Source of the DNA: Squalus acanthias
Lineage: Eukaryota
Length of the DNA stretch: 64,000 nt
NCBI GenBank assembly: GCA_030390025.1
Contig: CM059433.1
Span: 13,022,001 to 13,086,000 of the forward strand
Direction of reading: 5' to 3'
Shown: positions 12,244-23,806 of the stretch, piece after piece
How the letters are laid out: each line of letters opens with the position of its first letter
Numbering within the stretch: position 1 is the first letter of the stretch
Notes under the pieces: generated by a model
Told to the model about the DNA's origin: nothing
Seen by the model: the letters and a program-made list of their open reading frames with translations, nothing else
Database searches by the model: none
Position numbers and translations under genes: made by a program

Positions 12244-12313
12244 CCACTAGATGGCAACAATAAGCATTGCAAAACCTTATTAAAAAGACACCAATAAAGC
12301 ACTAGATGGCAGC
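12244..12313 (+). promoter_or_regulatory. Two same-orientation CTCF-like motifs
   Basis: CCACTAGATGGCAAC (12244) and GCACTAGATGGCAGC (12299) match the CTCF core. Motif match only. Confidence 0.45.
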
Positions 12314-12444
12314 ATCAAATGTGCCCAAATAATTCCACAAGCTTGAAGTAAAAATAACTAGGAGCACACTTTTAGAGGTTCGTTCGATGGAGACTATCAG
12401 AATTGAAATAAGTTCAATGAACTATCTTGTGTTGTGTCACCATT

Positions 12445-12762
12445 CATAGAAACATAGAAAAATAGGAGCAGGAGTCGGCCATTCTGTCCTTCGAGCCTGC
12501 TCCGCCATTCAATACGATCATGGCTGATCCTCTATCTCAATACCATATTCCCGCTCTCTCCCCATACCCCTTGATGCCTTTTGAGTCTAGAAATCTATCT
12601 ATCTCCTTCTTAAATATATTCAGTGACTTGGCCTCCACAGCCTTCTGTGGTAGAGAATTCCACAGGTTCGCCACCCTCTGAGTGAAGAAATTTCTCCTCA
12701 TCTCAGTCTTAAATGTCCTACCCCGTATCCTGAGACTGTGACCCCTCGTTCTAGAGCCCCCC
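12445..12762 (-). mobile_element. CR1 LINE 3' fragment
   Basis: SRTRGHSLRIRGRTFKTEMRRNFFTQRV and a (CATAGAAA)n tail. Confidence 0.9.
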
Positions 12763-13539
12763 AATGCACTGTAGCTGTCACGAGCTTTATACATTGCATC
12801 ACTCTCAATATTTTTCTGATTTCAAATATTACATTTTTTTGTCTGACAACTTTCAACTCACTTGACCTGACTTTGAATGCATAACTGAGAAACAAGCAGA
12901 TTTGGCTTAATGTATCCCAGAAGCCCACAGCTGTCGGGACCTCTTATTGAACTAGGGACCCAGCCTTGTGGTTAATAGTGTTCATTATTCTTCACACACA
13001 GGTTGCTACCTGCTACAACTCGAAAAAGTCCATTTGCTTAATTTCTCAAGCATTCACTGTAGCTGCCTCAAGTGTCCTCATTGTTAATGTAGAAAAAGTA
13101 AATGAAACATAAGTCAATGTTAAATTGCTTTAAAAGCAAGTGTGATTATAATTGGAGATTGTTTACAGTTTGTGAGTTTGTATTGAAAGAGAAATGATCT
13201 AAGGTGAAATTGAAGTAAACTTTTTTTTGAAAATGGAGACAGAAAGAGATGAAAGTGTCTTTTTCTAAAAGTGTAGAGACTATTGATTGGAGATTATAAT
13301 TTGTTTTGAAAATGGCACTTTGTTTCTGCCATACTCTCAGGATGATAAGGTGTCTTTAATGGTGACACATGGCTCTTTCAGTCCCAGTTTAGGTTCATTG
13401 GAAGTATCATTGCTGGCAGACTATTCGTAGTGAAAAGAAGCAACATCTTAAGGAAACACATTGTCCAACAGGTGGCACACTATCTCAATGGATAGTTCAT
13501 TATTGGGGAACTGTGATATACAAAATCACAAGGTGCTAG

Positions 13540-14580
13540 GGAAGCTTTCAACCCATCTTAGCACATCCAACCAGAATAAAGAAAAACTTATATTCCCTTT
13601 ATCACGTTATCCAACTGTCTCTTGAATGGGCAAAGGTTTTTGGCTTCACTACACCACCTAGACGACCATTTCAAGTATTGACTCTGTATAAAGAAGCTCT
13701 TCCGAATATTTGTCCTTTTACCAGTTTTATTTCTCCTTATGGTAGTATCCTGGTGTACTCTGAAGTAGTGTTCTGGATTAATTTTATCTATGCCATCAAG
13801 TATTTTGTACAATAAGATACAGCTCCCTCTCAGTTTCCTCCTTTCAAAGCTAAAAAGCCCCAGATCCTCTAGTCTTTTCTTGTAACTCAACTCTTTGATG
13901 CCAGGGTTCAGCTTAATGCCCATCTCTGCAGCACCTCCATGGCTTTAACGTTTCCCTTATGTCTTAGTGACCAATACTGAACACAGTACTCGAGGTGCAG
14001 TCTAACCAAGGCACTGTACAGTATTCACATGACAGCTTCTGACTGAAACTCAAATGACCTAGCAATATAATTATGCATCCTATTAGCTTTGTTTACCGCT
14101 GTTCCCCAGTGATTTGGTATATTAAATGCTGAATTTACTAACACCCATAGATCCCTTTCAGCTTCACTTTTAGATGTTTTTACACCATCCACAATACAGT
14201 GTAGATCTTGCACTTCTATTGAATTTCCCATTGACTTCATTTGTTGGTCCCTGGTTACTTTCTCTGATACAACTGGGCGCCTAACTTAGCATCAACTGTA
14301 AATTTAACTAGATTTCACTGGGTATTAAGTTTTTAATATAGATTAAGAACAGTAGGGGCCCCGGCACTGATCCACGGGGTGCTCCATTTCATACTTCCCC
14401 CTGTTCCCCCCCCCGAATCCTGACATTGCTCCCTAACAAATATCTGCTGCTTTTTTTTCCTTAAGCCAATTGCTTATCCACACCCAGCTTTTACCTGGAT
14501 ACCCACCATGTTCAATCCTCTGTGAGGAATTTTATCAGAGGCTTTTTGGAAATCTAAGTTCATCTGCCCACTTTGGATGT
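13540..14580 (-). mobile_element. Old, degenerate CR1 ORF2 fragment
   Basis: ORFs 13588-13923 (LSYKKRLEDLGLFSFERRKLRG) and 14025-14240 (ERDLWVLV...VNKANRM). Confidence 0.8.
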
Positions 14581-14599
14581 ACTGTACTAGGTTTTATAA

Positions 14600-14810
14600 G
14601 GAACTGGGTGGCACAATGGATTACAATGTTGTCCTTTCACCTATGAAGCCTGTGAGTGAATCCAGTCTAGACTGACGAAATGAAAGTTTTCCCTCTTTAC
14701 CAGATGTAAGAGATCTAATAAAATAGAGCCGGGTAGTTCCAACCTAGTTTCTAGTGGGCATAGTTGGCATGGCCCCACAATGCAAAAACTGTCCAATTAT
14801 TAGTGAGAAC
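14600..14810 (+). mobile_element. Old SINE (LF-SINE-like, tentative)
   Basis: tRNA-like head (CCTTTCACCT...GAATCCAGTCTAGACTGA...TGAAAGT...TTTCTAGTGGGC). A related fragment lies at about 40090-40200. Confidence 0.4.
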
Positions 14811-15393
14811 TTCTGAGTCTTCACCCAATCACAAGCAGAGCTGATGTGGATTGGAAATGTCACAGGGGTGCAGTAGAGTGTGGTCTTTGAGAATAGGGTT
14901 AAGACTAATAGGCAGTGCTTAGTACCGAAACTCCAACCCATGCTAAGACTTATGCCAAAGTCCTTGGAAGTGACACAACTGCCCATAATATTGCATTAAT
15001 TTGTCAGTATCACCCTTAAAGACCACAAGGATGGTTTGGTGTGAGAAAAGGGAAATGTTACAATGGTACAGTAGAGGTATTACATAAGAACATAAGAAAT
15101 AGGAACAGGAGTCGGCCATTTGGCCCTTCGAGCCTGCTCTGCCATTCAATAAGATCATAGCTGATCTTCTACCTCATCTCCACTTTCCTGCACTATCCCC
15201 ATATCCCTTGATTGGCTTAATATTCAAAAATCTATCGATCTCTGTCTTGAATATACTCAACGACTGAGCCGCCACAGCCCTCTGGGGTCGAGAATTCCAA
15301 AGATTCACCACCCTCTGAGTGAAGAAACTTCTCCTCATCTCGGTCCTAAATGGCTGTCCCATTATTCTGAGACTGTGACCCCTGGTTCTAGAC

Positions 15394-15436
15394 TCACCTG
15401 AGGAAGGAGCAAATCGATAGCTCCGAAAGCTTGTGA
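15394..15436 (+). ncRNA. Minimal type I hammerhead ribozyme motif (Penelope-associated)
   Basis: TCAC-CTGAGGA-A-GGAGC(AAATCGATA)GCTCC-GAAA-GC-T-T-GTGA: stem I TCAC/GTGA, core CUGANGA and GAAA, stem II GGAGC/GCTCC, palindromic AGCT stem III. Confidence 0.7.
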
Positions 15437-15521
15437 TTTCAAATAAAACTGTTGGACTATAACCTGGTGTTGTGCGACCTCTCAATTTTGTCCACCCCAG
15501 TCCAACACCGGCATCTCCGCA
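15396..15521 (+). mobile_element. Penelope-like element 3' remnant (family P2)
   Basis: 9-bp TSD TCTAGACTC at 15387-15395 and 15522-15530. Same sequence as the right arm of 35437-35645. Confidence 0.8.
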
Positions 15522-15906
15522 TCTAGACTCCCCAGCCAGGGGAAATATCCTCCCTGCATCTACCCTGTCAAGCCCTGTAAGAATTTTGTATGTTTCAATG
15601 AGATTCTTCTGCAAGTGTGGTTAAAGGATGTTTGGGTATATTTTCCATTGTTAGTGCCCTTGACGGTTGATGTTAAAAGAGGCAAGAAAACCATGCTGGC
15701 TGTGTCAACTGGCACTTTTAGCACTCGTCTGGGTCTTTTTCCCCTCTGAAAATAATTTATGAATATTAATGTTCTGTCATCATTTTAATACTCACTACTT
15801 AATAATGGCAATTAATTATTTGTTAGTGGCAATTAACACAGAATATGGCTGTTTTCCACTTCATGCAATAGCTTCTCCAATGCCCCTGACTTGAGTTGGA
15901 GTTAAT

Positions 15907-16711
15907 GGCTCGTAATTTACGGTCAGCGGCGAAGCAAAGGCATTCGCCGCTGGCCCCGAAGTAAGCTTCCCACGAAGATCTCGCGATCTCTGTGGCGAGA
16001 AGTTCGACTTTTCCGATGTTCAGTTGCGATCAGTGTAAGTTAATGGGGAATCCCTAATGCGAGCTGCTGTGATGTCAACAAGCAGCCAATCACAATGCAG
16101 GATTCTCACAGTCTGAGAACCAGCAAGTGAGTAGGCTCCTTTTATTCCACCTTTTTAAAAAATATTATAGAGAGCGAAACAAAGATTGGGGCTCTCACAT
16201 GGGGAAAAGGTAAACCTGAAATAAAGAGGAACAAACTTTTTAAAAATATATTTTTTTAAGTTTCTGAAAAATTGTAATTTTTATTAAAATGGATAAATTT
16301 GACACTCCACAAAATTAAAATTAGTTTTTCAGGGGCCATAACATTTGTTTAGCAGTCCATACGCTGTTAAAACCCCAGTTACACCTAATCCAACAAGGCC
16401 TAACATTTAATGGGGTATTTAACAGTAATATTACCGCGGAAAAGCCGAAGTTTTCGTCAATTGCACTGATTTTCCTGATTACACTGATTGCCGGCTATGG
16501 GAGGTGGGTGTGGGGGTGGGGGGGGGCTTGCGGGGGGTAGGGGGGTGCACGGCACAGCCAGTGTCGGAGCAGTGAATGACTGACCACAACTTCAGGACTT
16601 CCACGTTAGGATGCACATACGCTAAATCCTGAAGTTGCGGTCAGTTTCGAAGTGGTAATAACAGCCGAACGCTCTTCGTTTGCTGTTATTACTCACTGCA
16701 AATTCCGGGCC
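15907..16711. mobile_element. MITE family C
   Basis: TIRs GGCTCGTAATTTACGGT and ACTGCAAATTCCGGGCC, each flanked by AT. Confidence 0.75.
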
Positions 16712-17016
16712 ATTTAATCTCAGTGAAAGGTAAACATGCTACTGAGCTTTACAGCTACATTGTGGGCTGTCATGCATCACAGCAAATGCGACATAAAGCA
16801 CTCATTAGCATCTACACCAACTATGAGTGCAAGAAGCACTTAACTCCTCCTTAACAGAGGAGCAATGCTTTCAACAGCTGACATTGTCCAGAGAGATGCT
16901 TACCAGTCTTTTCCAACCTCCTGAATAATGAGGTGCAGTTAGCATTACCTCCTTCTGGAAGGCAAGGTAATGGGAGCTCTCAATGTAATGTCCATTAGGA
17001 GACAAATTGAGAGCTG

Positions 17017-17403
17017 CTTCTTCTTCTTAGGCAATCCCTCGGAACCGAGGATGACTTGCTTCCACACTAAAAATGAGTTCTCAGGTCGCCTGAGGAAGAG
17101 AGCGTTTGAAGACCAGGACCTCAAACCCAGCACCAAGCTCATGGTCTACAGAGCAGTAGTGATACCCGCCCTGCTGTATGCTTCAGAGACATGGACCATG
17201 TACAGCAGGCACCTCAAAGCACTGGAGAGGTACCGCCAACGCTGCCTCCGCAATATCCTGCCAATCCATTGGCAGGATAGGTGCACCAACGTCAGTGTTC
17301 TCGCTCAGGCCAACATCCCCAGCATCGAAGCTTTGACCACGCTCGATCAGCTCCGATGGATGGGCCACATCGTCCGCATGCCCGATTCGAGACTCCCAAA
17401 ACA
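17017..17403. mobile_element. RTE-clade (BovB-like) LINE with an internal inversion
   Basis: 17017-17086 is the minus-strand 3' end, matching the left end of the 54787 copy. 17087-17403 is plus-strand RT C-terminus (KLMVYRAVVIPALLYASETWT...LRWMGHIVRMPDSRLPKQ). Confidence 0.87.
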
Positions 17404-17578
17404 GTAGAGATAAGGTGCTAATCACCCCACAGAGCCTTCAAGTAGATGATTGATGCACTCTTCGGCCATACCCACCACTATACCAGCTTTGCTGTGATGG
17501 AACACCTGGAATTCCAAAGGTAGCAGGGCTCCGAACAATCTGTGTGGCTTCCTAAGTTCCAAGGAATAAATAATTGTA

Positions 17579-18171
17579 ATAACAACAGAAAACGCTGGAA
17601 AAACTCAGCAGGCCAGGCAGCATCCTTGGAGAGAGAAACAGAGTTAATGTTTCAGGTCGAAGACCTTTCGTCAGAACTGGAAAAAAGCAGGAAATGGAAT
17701 AGATTTTAAAGCAAGTTTAGGGGCTGGGAAAAGGGGGAGGGGATGAAAGAACAAAAGGGAAGGTCAGTGATAGGATAGAAAGCAGGAGAGATTAAGAGAC
17801 ATTGAAAGACATTAAGAGATATTCAAGGCAAGAGGAGGTGGTAATGGGACAGGTTAAGGAACAAAGGATGGCTCTAGATGAAGTGTGAATTGCGCTGGCA
17901 GAATGAAGGACAGCTGCCATGTGGGAGGGAAGAAACAAAGGCCAAACAAAAAGTGTGGAAAAAATATATATATATGTGTGATAGGGGCCGAGGTTATGAT
18001 CTGAAATTGTTGAACTCTATGTTGAGTCCAGAGGGCTGTAGGGTGCCTAATCAAAAGATGAGGTGCTGTTCCTCGAACTTACGCTGAGCTTCCTTGGAAC
18101 AATGCAAGAGGCCGAGGACGGTGTTTTCTGTTGTTATTTCGGATTTCCAGCATCCGCAGTATTTTGCTATC
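17579..18171 (-). mobile_element. Penelope-like element (family P1) with GIY-YIG C-terminus, inverted terminal repeat and hammerhead motif
   Basis: 15-bp TSD GAATAAATAATTGTA at 17564-17578 and 18172-18186. The minus strand encodes QRKFEEQHLIF*LGTLQPSGLNIEFNNF. ATAACAACAGAAAAC is inverted at 18123-18137. Confidence 0.9.
17642..17678 (-). ncRNA. Minimal type I hammerhead ribozyme motif, stem III palindrome mutated
   Basis: Minus strand reads AGTT-CTGACGA-A-AGGTC(TTC)GACCT-GAAA-CA-T-T-AACT. The sister copy at 41.5 kb retains GAAACGTT. Confidence 0.65.
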
Positions 18172-18599
18172 GAATAAATAATTGTATCTATATTGTTATT
18201 CATACACTGCCCAGGAATGTCATTTCATTCAATTACAAGTATCCTGTGGATATTTTTGAGGTATATGTTTGATTGCCAGCTCTAATTAAGTTAGTGGTAA
18301 TTTTTTTGAACTTCTTGGTCTGGAACTTTCTGGGGCCCCACTCCACTGCCATAAGTGCAGTTGAGTGAAACTCCCGTCCGCCCGCGAGGAAATATATATG
18401 TAAGTGACAAGTATAGCTAAGGCTCGACAAAGTTCAGTCACCACCAGGGCATTGAGAAGAACAAACTACTTGAGGGGATGCAAGGAATTGTCCCACCAAT
18501 AAATTCTCTAAACTTTGGATGATAAAGTACGCATTGCCCTGAATTATAGACTGCTTTTGCTAGTTTTTGAGGTATAATGTGTGAAATTTAATAAAGCAA

Positions 18600-18915
18600 T
18601 TTTTAAAAATTCATTCTTGGGATATGGGTATTGCTTGCAAGGACAGCATTTATTGCCCATCCCTAGTTGCCCTTGAGAAGGTGGTGGTGAGCCTTCTTCT
18701 TGAACCACTGCAGTCCATGTAGGGAAGGTAGGGAAAGTGGTGTTCCAGGATTTTGACCCTTCGACAATGAAGGAACGGTGATATATATGTCCAAGTCGGG
18801 ACAGTATGTGACTTGGAGGTGATGATGTTCCCATGCACATGCTGCCTTTGTCCTTCTACATGGTGGGAGGTGCTGTCGAAGAAGCCTTGGCGAGTTGCTG
18901 CAGTGCATCCTGTAG
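18600..18915 (-). mobile_element. Zenon-like LINE 3' fragment
   Basis: MHCSNSPRLLRQHL...GLQWFKKKAHHHLLKGN. Confidence 0.8.
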
Positions 18916-19247
18916 TCACTTACATTATTTTTAAAAGTTACTGTAAATTTACTGTGACAATCTGTTACAGTGTAACTAACAGATGAAACATCAGCATATC
19001 AAAAAAGATAGGTGTCGACATTGTTATATGCCAGCTGTATCCCCACATTTCTTGACTGTTTATAAACTTTATTTGAGTTAAATTATTACAATCATAGTTC
19101 CATACTGATATCTCTTTATTGGTATTTTTACACTTCAGGTACCATTCATTAAAAAAGACACACACAATTGCAATGACAATATAACAATCTTACTTCAATA
19201 ATGCAGTATATAATTCTTTTTTAATTTTGCTCTTTTGTAGGATCATA

Positions 19248-19375
19248 TTTTTTTAATTCTCAGGTTGTAGGTGTCACTGGCAAGACCAGCATTTATTGCC
19301 CATCCCTATTTAACCTGAGTGATTTGATACAACTGTGTGGCTTGCTAGGCCACTTCAGAGGGCAGTTAAGAGTCC
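19248..19375 (-). mobile_element. Short SINE sharing its 5' body with the 31711 element and its tail with the Zenon-like LINE
   Basis: Minus strand: GACTCTTAACTGCCCTCTGAAGTGGCCTAGCAAGCC...GGGATGGGCAATAAATGCTGG...poly(A). Confidence 0.65.
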
Positions 19376-19411
19376 CTCAATGATATTAGTTAACCAGTTG
19401 AGTTTTTAGGC

Positions 19412-21570
19412 ACATCGGAACATGTCTAGGCCATTCAGCCCTTCGAGCCTGTTCCGCCATTCTATTAGGTTATGGCTGATCTGTATCTCAACTCTATTCA
19501 CCCGCCTTGGTTCCATTTCCCTTAAGTCCCTTACCTAACAAAAATTTAACAATCTTAGTTTTGAAATTTTCAATGGACTTAGACTCAACAACCTTTTGGG
19601 GGAGAGAGTTCCTGATTTCCACTTCCCAAAAAATACCACAGATCCTGGTGACTGGGACAGATGCAAAAGGTGACAAAACAGATAGTAAGAGCTACAAAAA
19701 GCGAATAGAAAAGAAACTTGCAAGGGATATCAAAATCAACACAATTCGTTTAACAATTATATTAGGAAAAAGAGGGTGGTCGGGGACAATGTGGGCCCCT
19801 TGAAAACTGATAATGGTGATATTGTAAATGAAAATAAGGAAATGGCGGATATGTTGAATAACTACTTTGCATCAGTATTTACCAGTAGAGGAAGAGGATA
19901 GCATGCCGGACATCCCAAGGAAACTAATATTGAATCAGGGACGGGGACTCACCAAAATTAACATAAGCAAAATAACAGTAATGAAGAAAATAATGGCACT
20001 AAAGAGTGACAAATCCCCAGGACCAGATAGTTTCCATCCCAGGGTTTTAAAGGAAGTAGGTGAGAACATTGCAGATGCCCTAACTATAATCTTCCAAAGT
20101 TCTTTCGATTCAGGAACCGTTCCTTTAGATTGGAAAATTGCACATGTCACTCCGTTATTTAAGAAAGGTGAAAGAGGGAAACCAGGGAATTATAGACCAG
20201 TTAGCCCAACATCTGTTGTTGGGAAATCACTAGAGTCTATAATTAAGGATAGAGTGACTGAACATCTTGAAGATTTTCAGCTGATCAGAGAGAGCCAGCA
20301 CGGATTTGTAAAGGGTCGGTCATGCCTGATGAACCTGATTGGATTTTTTGAAGTGGTGACCAAAGTAGTGGACGAGGGAATGTCTATGGATGTTATTTAT
20401 ATAGACTTCCAGAAGGCATTCAATAAAGTCCCTCATAAAAGACTGTTGGCTAAAGTTGAAGCTCATGGAATTGAGGGCAAATTATTGGGAAGGAGACAGA
20501 GAGTAGGGGTTATGGGCATATATTCTAATTGGCAGGATGAGACTAGTGATGTCCCACAGGGATCTGTTTTGTGGCCTCAACTATGCACTGTATTTATTAA
20601 TGACTTAGATGATGGGATAGAGAGCCACATAGCCAAGTTTGCTGATGACACAAAGGTAGGCGGCATTGTAAACAGTATAGATGGAAGTATAAAATTACAG
20701 AGATATTAATAGATTAAGTGAATGGGAAAAACTGTGGCAAATGGATTTCAATATAGGCAAGTGTGAGGTCATCCACTTTGGACCTAAAAATGATAGAGTA
20801 CTTTCTAAATGGTGAAAAGCCAGAAAAAGTGGAGGTCCAAAGAGATTTAGGAATCCATGTACATCTTAAACACCTCAATTAGATCATCCCTTAATCTTCG
20901 ATATACAAGGAATACAAGACTAGTCTATGCAACCTATCCTTATAATTGAACCCTTTTAGCCCCGGTCTCATTCTGGTGAATCTGCACTGCACCCCCTCCA
21001 AGGCCAATATATCCTTCCTGAGGTGCGGTGCCCAGAACTGAATGCAGTATTCCAGGTGCAGTCTAACCAGAGCTTTATACAACTGTAACATAACTTCCAC
21101 ACCTTTGTAGTCCAGCCCCTTTGAGATAAAGTACACCATTCCATTAGCCTTTTTAATTATTTTTTGTACCTGTCTACTAGCTTTTCGTGACTTCTGTACT
21201 TGGACCCCTAAATCTCTCAGCACCTCCACAGTTCCGAGCTTCTTACCATTTAGAAATACTCTGATCTATCTATCTTAGGTCCAAAGTGGATAACCTCACA
21301 TTTCCTGACATTGAACTCCATCTGCCACAGTTTTGCCCACTCGCTTAATGTATCAATGTCCCATTGCAACACTACTTACTGTGCCACCTAACTTAGTGTT
21401 GTCAGCAGACTTGGATATACAGCTCTCTATTCCTTCACCCATGTCATTGATAAATATAGTGAAAAGCTGAGGCCCCAGTACAGATCACTGAGGGACACCA
21501 CTAGTCGCATCCTGCCAATTGGAGTAAATACCCATTATCCCCACTCTCTGTCTCCTGGCTCCTAACCAGT
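19412..21570. mobile_element. Rearranged CR1 composite: minus 3' end, plus ORF2 middle, minus RT segment
   Basis: About 19412-19628 is a minus-strand tail. About 19630-20865 is plus strand (ORF 19867-20709, KSPGPD...FADDTK). About 20870-21570 is minus strand (RDLGVQV...LEYCIQFWAP). Confidence 0.85.
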
Positions 21571-22091
21571 GCCCTACAACTTTTACGACCATTCGACAAC
21601 TTTGCGGTCACTTTTACTTTATTTTATAAAGGCTTTATGAGTACTGAAAAAACTTCCCAGCTGATGAACTACTACCATAAAATATTTTCTTTGTTAACTT
21701 TCCAGTAATTTTAAACAGAGCCTTATGTTTTACATTGCTATTCACTCTCGAGGATCAATCTTCCAGATATATTTGTCTTTAATTGCAACAAATTCCTCAT
21801 ACCTTACTAAGTATACAGGATGACTTTCAGTTCGACCAGAATCCACAGTTTAAAATTCACAAAAATCAAACTGCAAACATCTTTGCTTAATCTATTGATT
21901 GTTATCTTTTGTCAAATACTGAAAAATGTTTATCCATTACCCTCCAATGTTTTTATTTAATTTTCCCAAAAGAGTTTTCAAGTAGGAAATTGTTTGCTTA
22001 CTAATTTCTTTAATAACTGGGTATGTGGAATGCAGTGTTCCTTTTTGTTGCCCTATTAAAGCAATTATATTTGGGCAGCAAATGTTCCAAG

Positions 22092-22730
22092 CAAAGTTCC
22101 CTCTTAGCTGCGCAACAATCTGCAAGGTTCCGCGCAGTCCGCTCACCATCTTTTCCATCGTTAATGTCAGCTGTGGCTCAGTGGGTAGCACACTCGCCTC
22201 TGAGTCAGAAGGTTGTGGGTTCAAGTCCCACTCCAGGAACCTGAGCACATAAAGCTAGGCTGACACTCCCAGTGCAGTGCTGAGGGAGTGCCGCACCGTC
22301 GGAGGTGCCGTCTTTCGGATGAGACGTTAAAACCGAGGCCCCGTCTGCTCTCGCAGGTGGACGTGAAAGATCCCACGGCACAATTTCGAAGAAGAGCAGG
22401 GGGCAGTTATCCCCGGTGTCCTGGGCCAATATTTATCCCTCAACCAACATAACAAAAACAGATTATCTGGTCGTTATCACATTGCTGTTTGTGGGAGCTT
22501 GCTGTGCACAAATTGGCTGCCGCGTTTCCCACATTACAACAGTGACCACACTTCAAAAGTACTTTATTGACTGTAAAGTGCTTTGAGATGTCCGGTGGTC
22601 GTGAAAGGCACTATATAAATGCAAGTCTTTCTTTTTTTCTTAAACACCGCGCGTGCGCAGAAATTTAAAGGGACCGCGCATTAAAAGAAACAGGCCGCGC
22701 GGAACAAAGCGTAGCGCACAGGGGACATTG
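22092..22730. mobile_element. hAT-type MITE with a nested SINE
   Basis: 8-bp TSD GTTCCAAG at 22084-22091 and 22731-22738. TIRs CAAAGTTCCCT and AGGGGACATTG. Confidence 0.85.
22165..22639 (+). mobile_element. Full-length tRNA-derived Deu-domain SINE (SacSINE1-like)
   Basis: A box TGGCTCAGTGG, B box GGTTCAAGTCC, Deu-like core GGTGCCGTCTTTCGGATGAGACG...GATCCCACGGCAC, L2-like tail. Possible TTAA TSD. Confidence 0.92.
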
Positions 22731-22982
22731 GTTCCAAGTAGTAATCTAATGAGGTATAGTTGTCTATTGCCTTTTCTTTCAGTATACCTTCAAAGGATGT
22801 TGGGTGTTGTATCTGGGCTGACTTTATATTAGGAGAGGTAGTTTACAGGCCACAACCTGTGCTGGCCAGTGGAGACGTTTGGTCAGCTTGAAAGTGCAGC
22901 ATATTTCACAGAATAAGAAGTGAGCTTCTGTTTTAACATTGATATTTAGAAAGAAAGTGAGTGATGCCTTGATTATTTCCTA

Positions 22983-23806
22983 GGGCGCGATTATGCCAGC
23001 CCTGGGGAGGCGGGTATGGAGGCGGGACTGCTGGGAAAATGGCAGAATCTGGGGGCGGGTACCCATCCCGCCCCCAACCCGCCTCCATGCCATCTTCCCA
23101 AGAGGCGGGTACCCGACCCGCGCCGGGTCCCGTCTCCTGGAGGCGGGAAGGGGATTACAGCCACTTAACTGCCTGTTAGCAGGTAGTTCACAGGCAGTTA
23201 AGAGGATTATCCCCATTTTTCCACCAGAGGCGGGGGCTTCCCGACGTTGGGGAACCCCGCCAGGGTCAGCAAGGCGAGCAGTGTGTCTGTGGGGGTCGGA
23301 GGGGCCGAAAAGTGCGCTGTGGAGGTAAGTGATGGGTGCAAGTGTGGAGAGGTAAGTATGAGAGGTGAGTGAAAAGTGTTAGAAAAAGTTTCCTTACCTT
23401 TGTTTCTTCCTGCAGGCTTCAACCGTTGGGGATCCAGAGACTCCGGCATCTCACCGGCAGAGATGACAGAATGGCTGCTGCATTCTCCAATGCAACAGCC
23501 ATCTGATTTCTGCTAAAGAAAGAGGTTTGGTGAGCCTTGAGTACAAGAACTCACCAAACAACAGAGTGTCAGCTGTCAAACGATGACAATTCATCTGTCA
23601 AAAACATTTGACAGATGAAATGTCACACGCTGACGTTCTCTGTCACCGGCTTTCCCTTAATTGGCCTGCTGAACCCGCTGGGCGGGCTTAACAAGGTCAA
23701 TCAAGGGAAAATAGCGTGGGTTGGCCACAAGTCGATGGAGGCGGGACTAAAACCCGACAAGCAACAGTCCTGCCTCCAACGCGCCCCCATTGGCAAAATC
23801 ACCCCC
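22983..23806. mobile_element. MITE family B, second copy
   Basis: TIRs GGGCGCGATTATGCCA and TGGCAAAATCACCCCC. Internal similarity to 8025-8869. Confidence 0.85.

Larger units (their letters stand above)
15082..15610 (-). mobile_element. CR1 3' fragment containing a nested Penelope-like insertion
   Basis: LIETYKILTGLDRVDAGR...RTRGHSLRI...FFTQRVVNLWN and a (CATAAGAA)n tail. Confidence 0.9.

Noticed and set aside
22165..22240. tRNA gene
   Set aside because: The A and B boxes continue into a SINE body found many times in the window. The same applies to 31711-31800.
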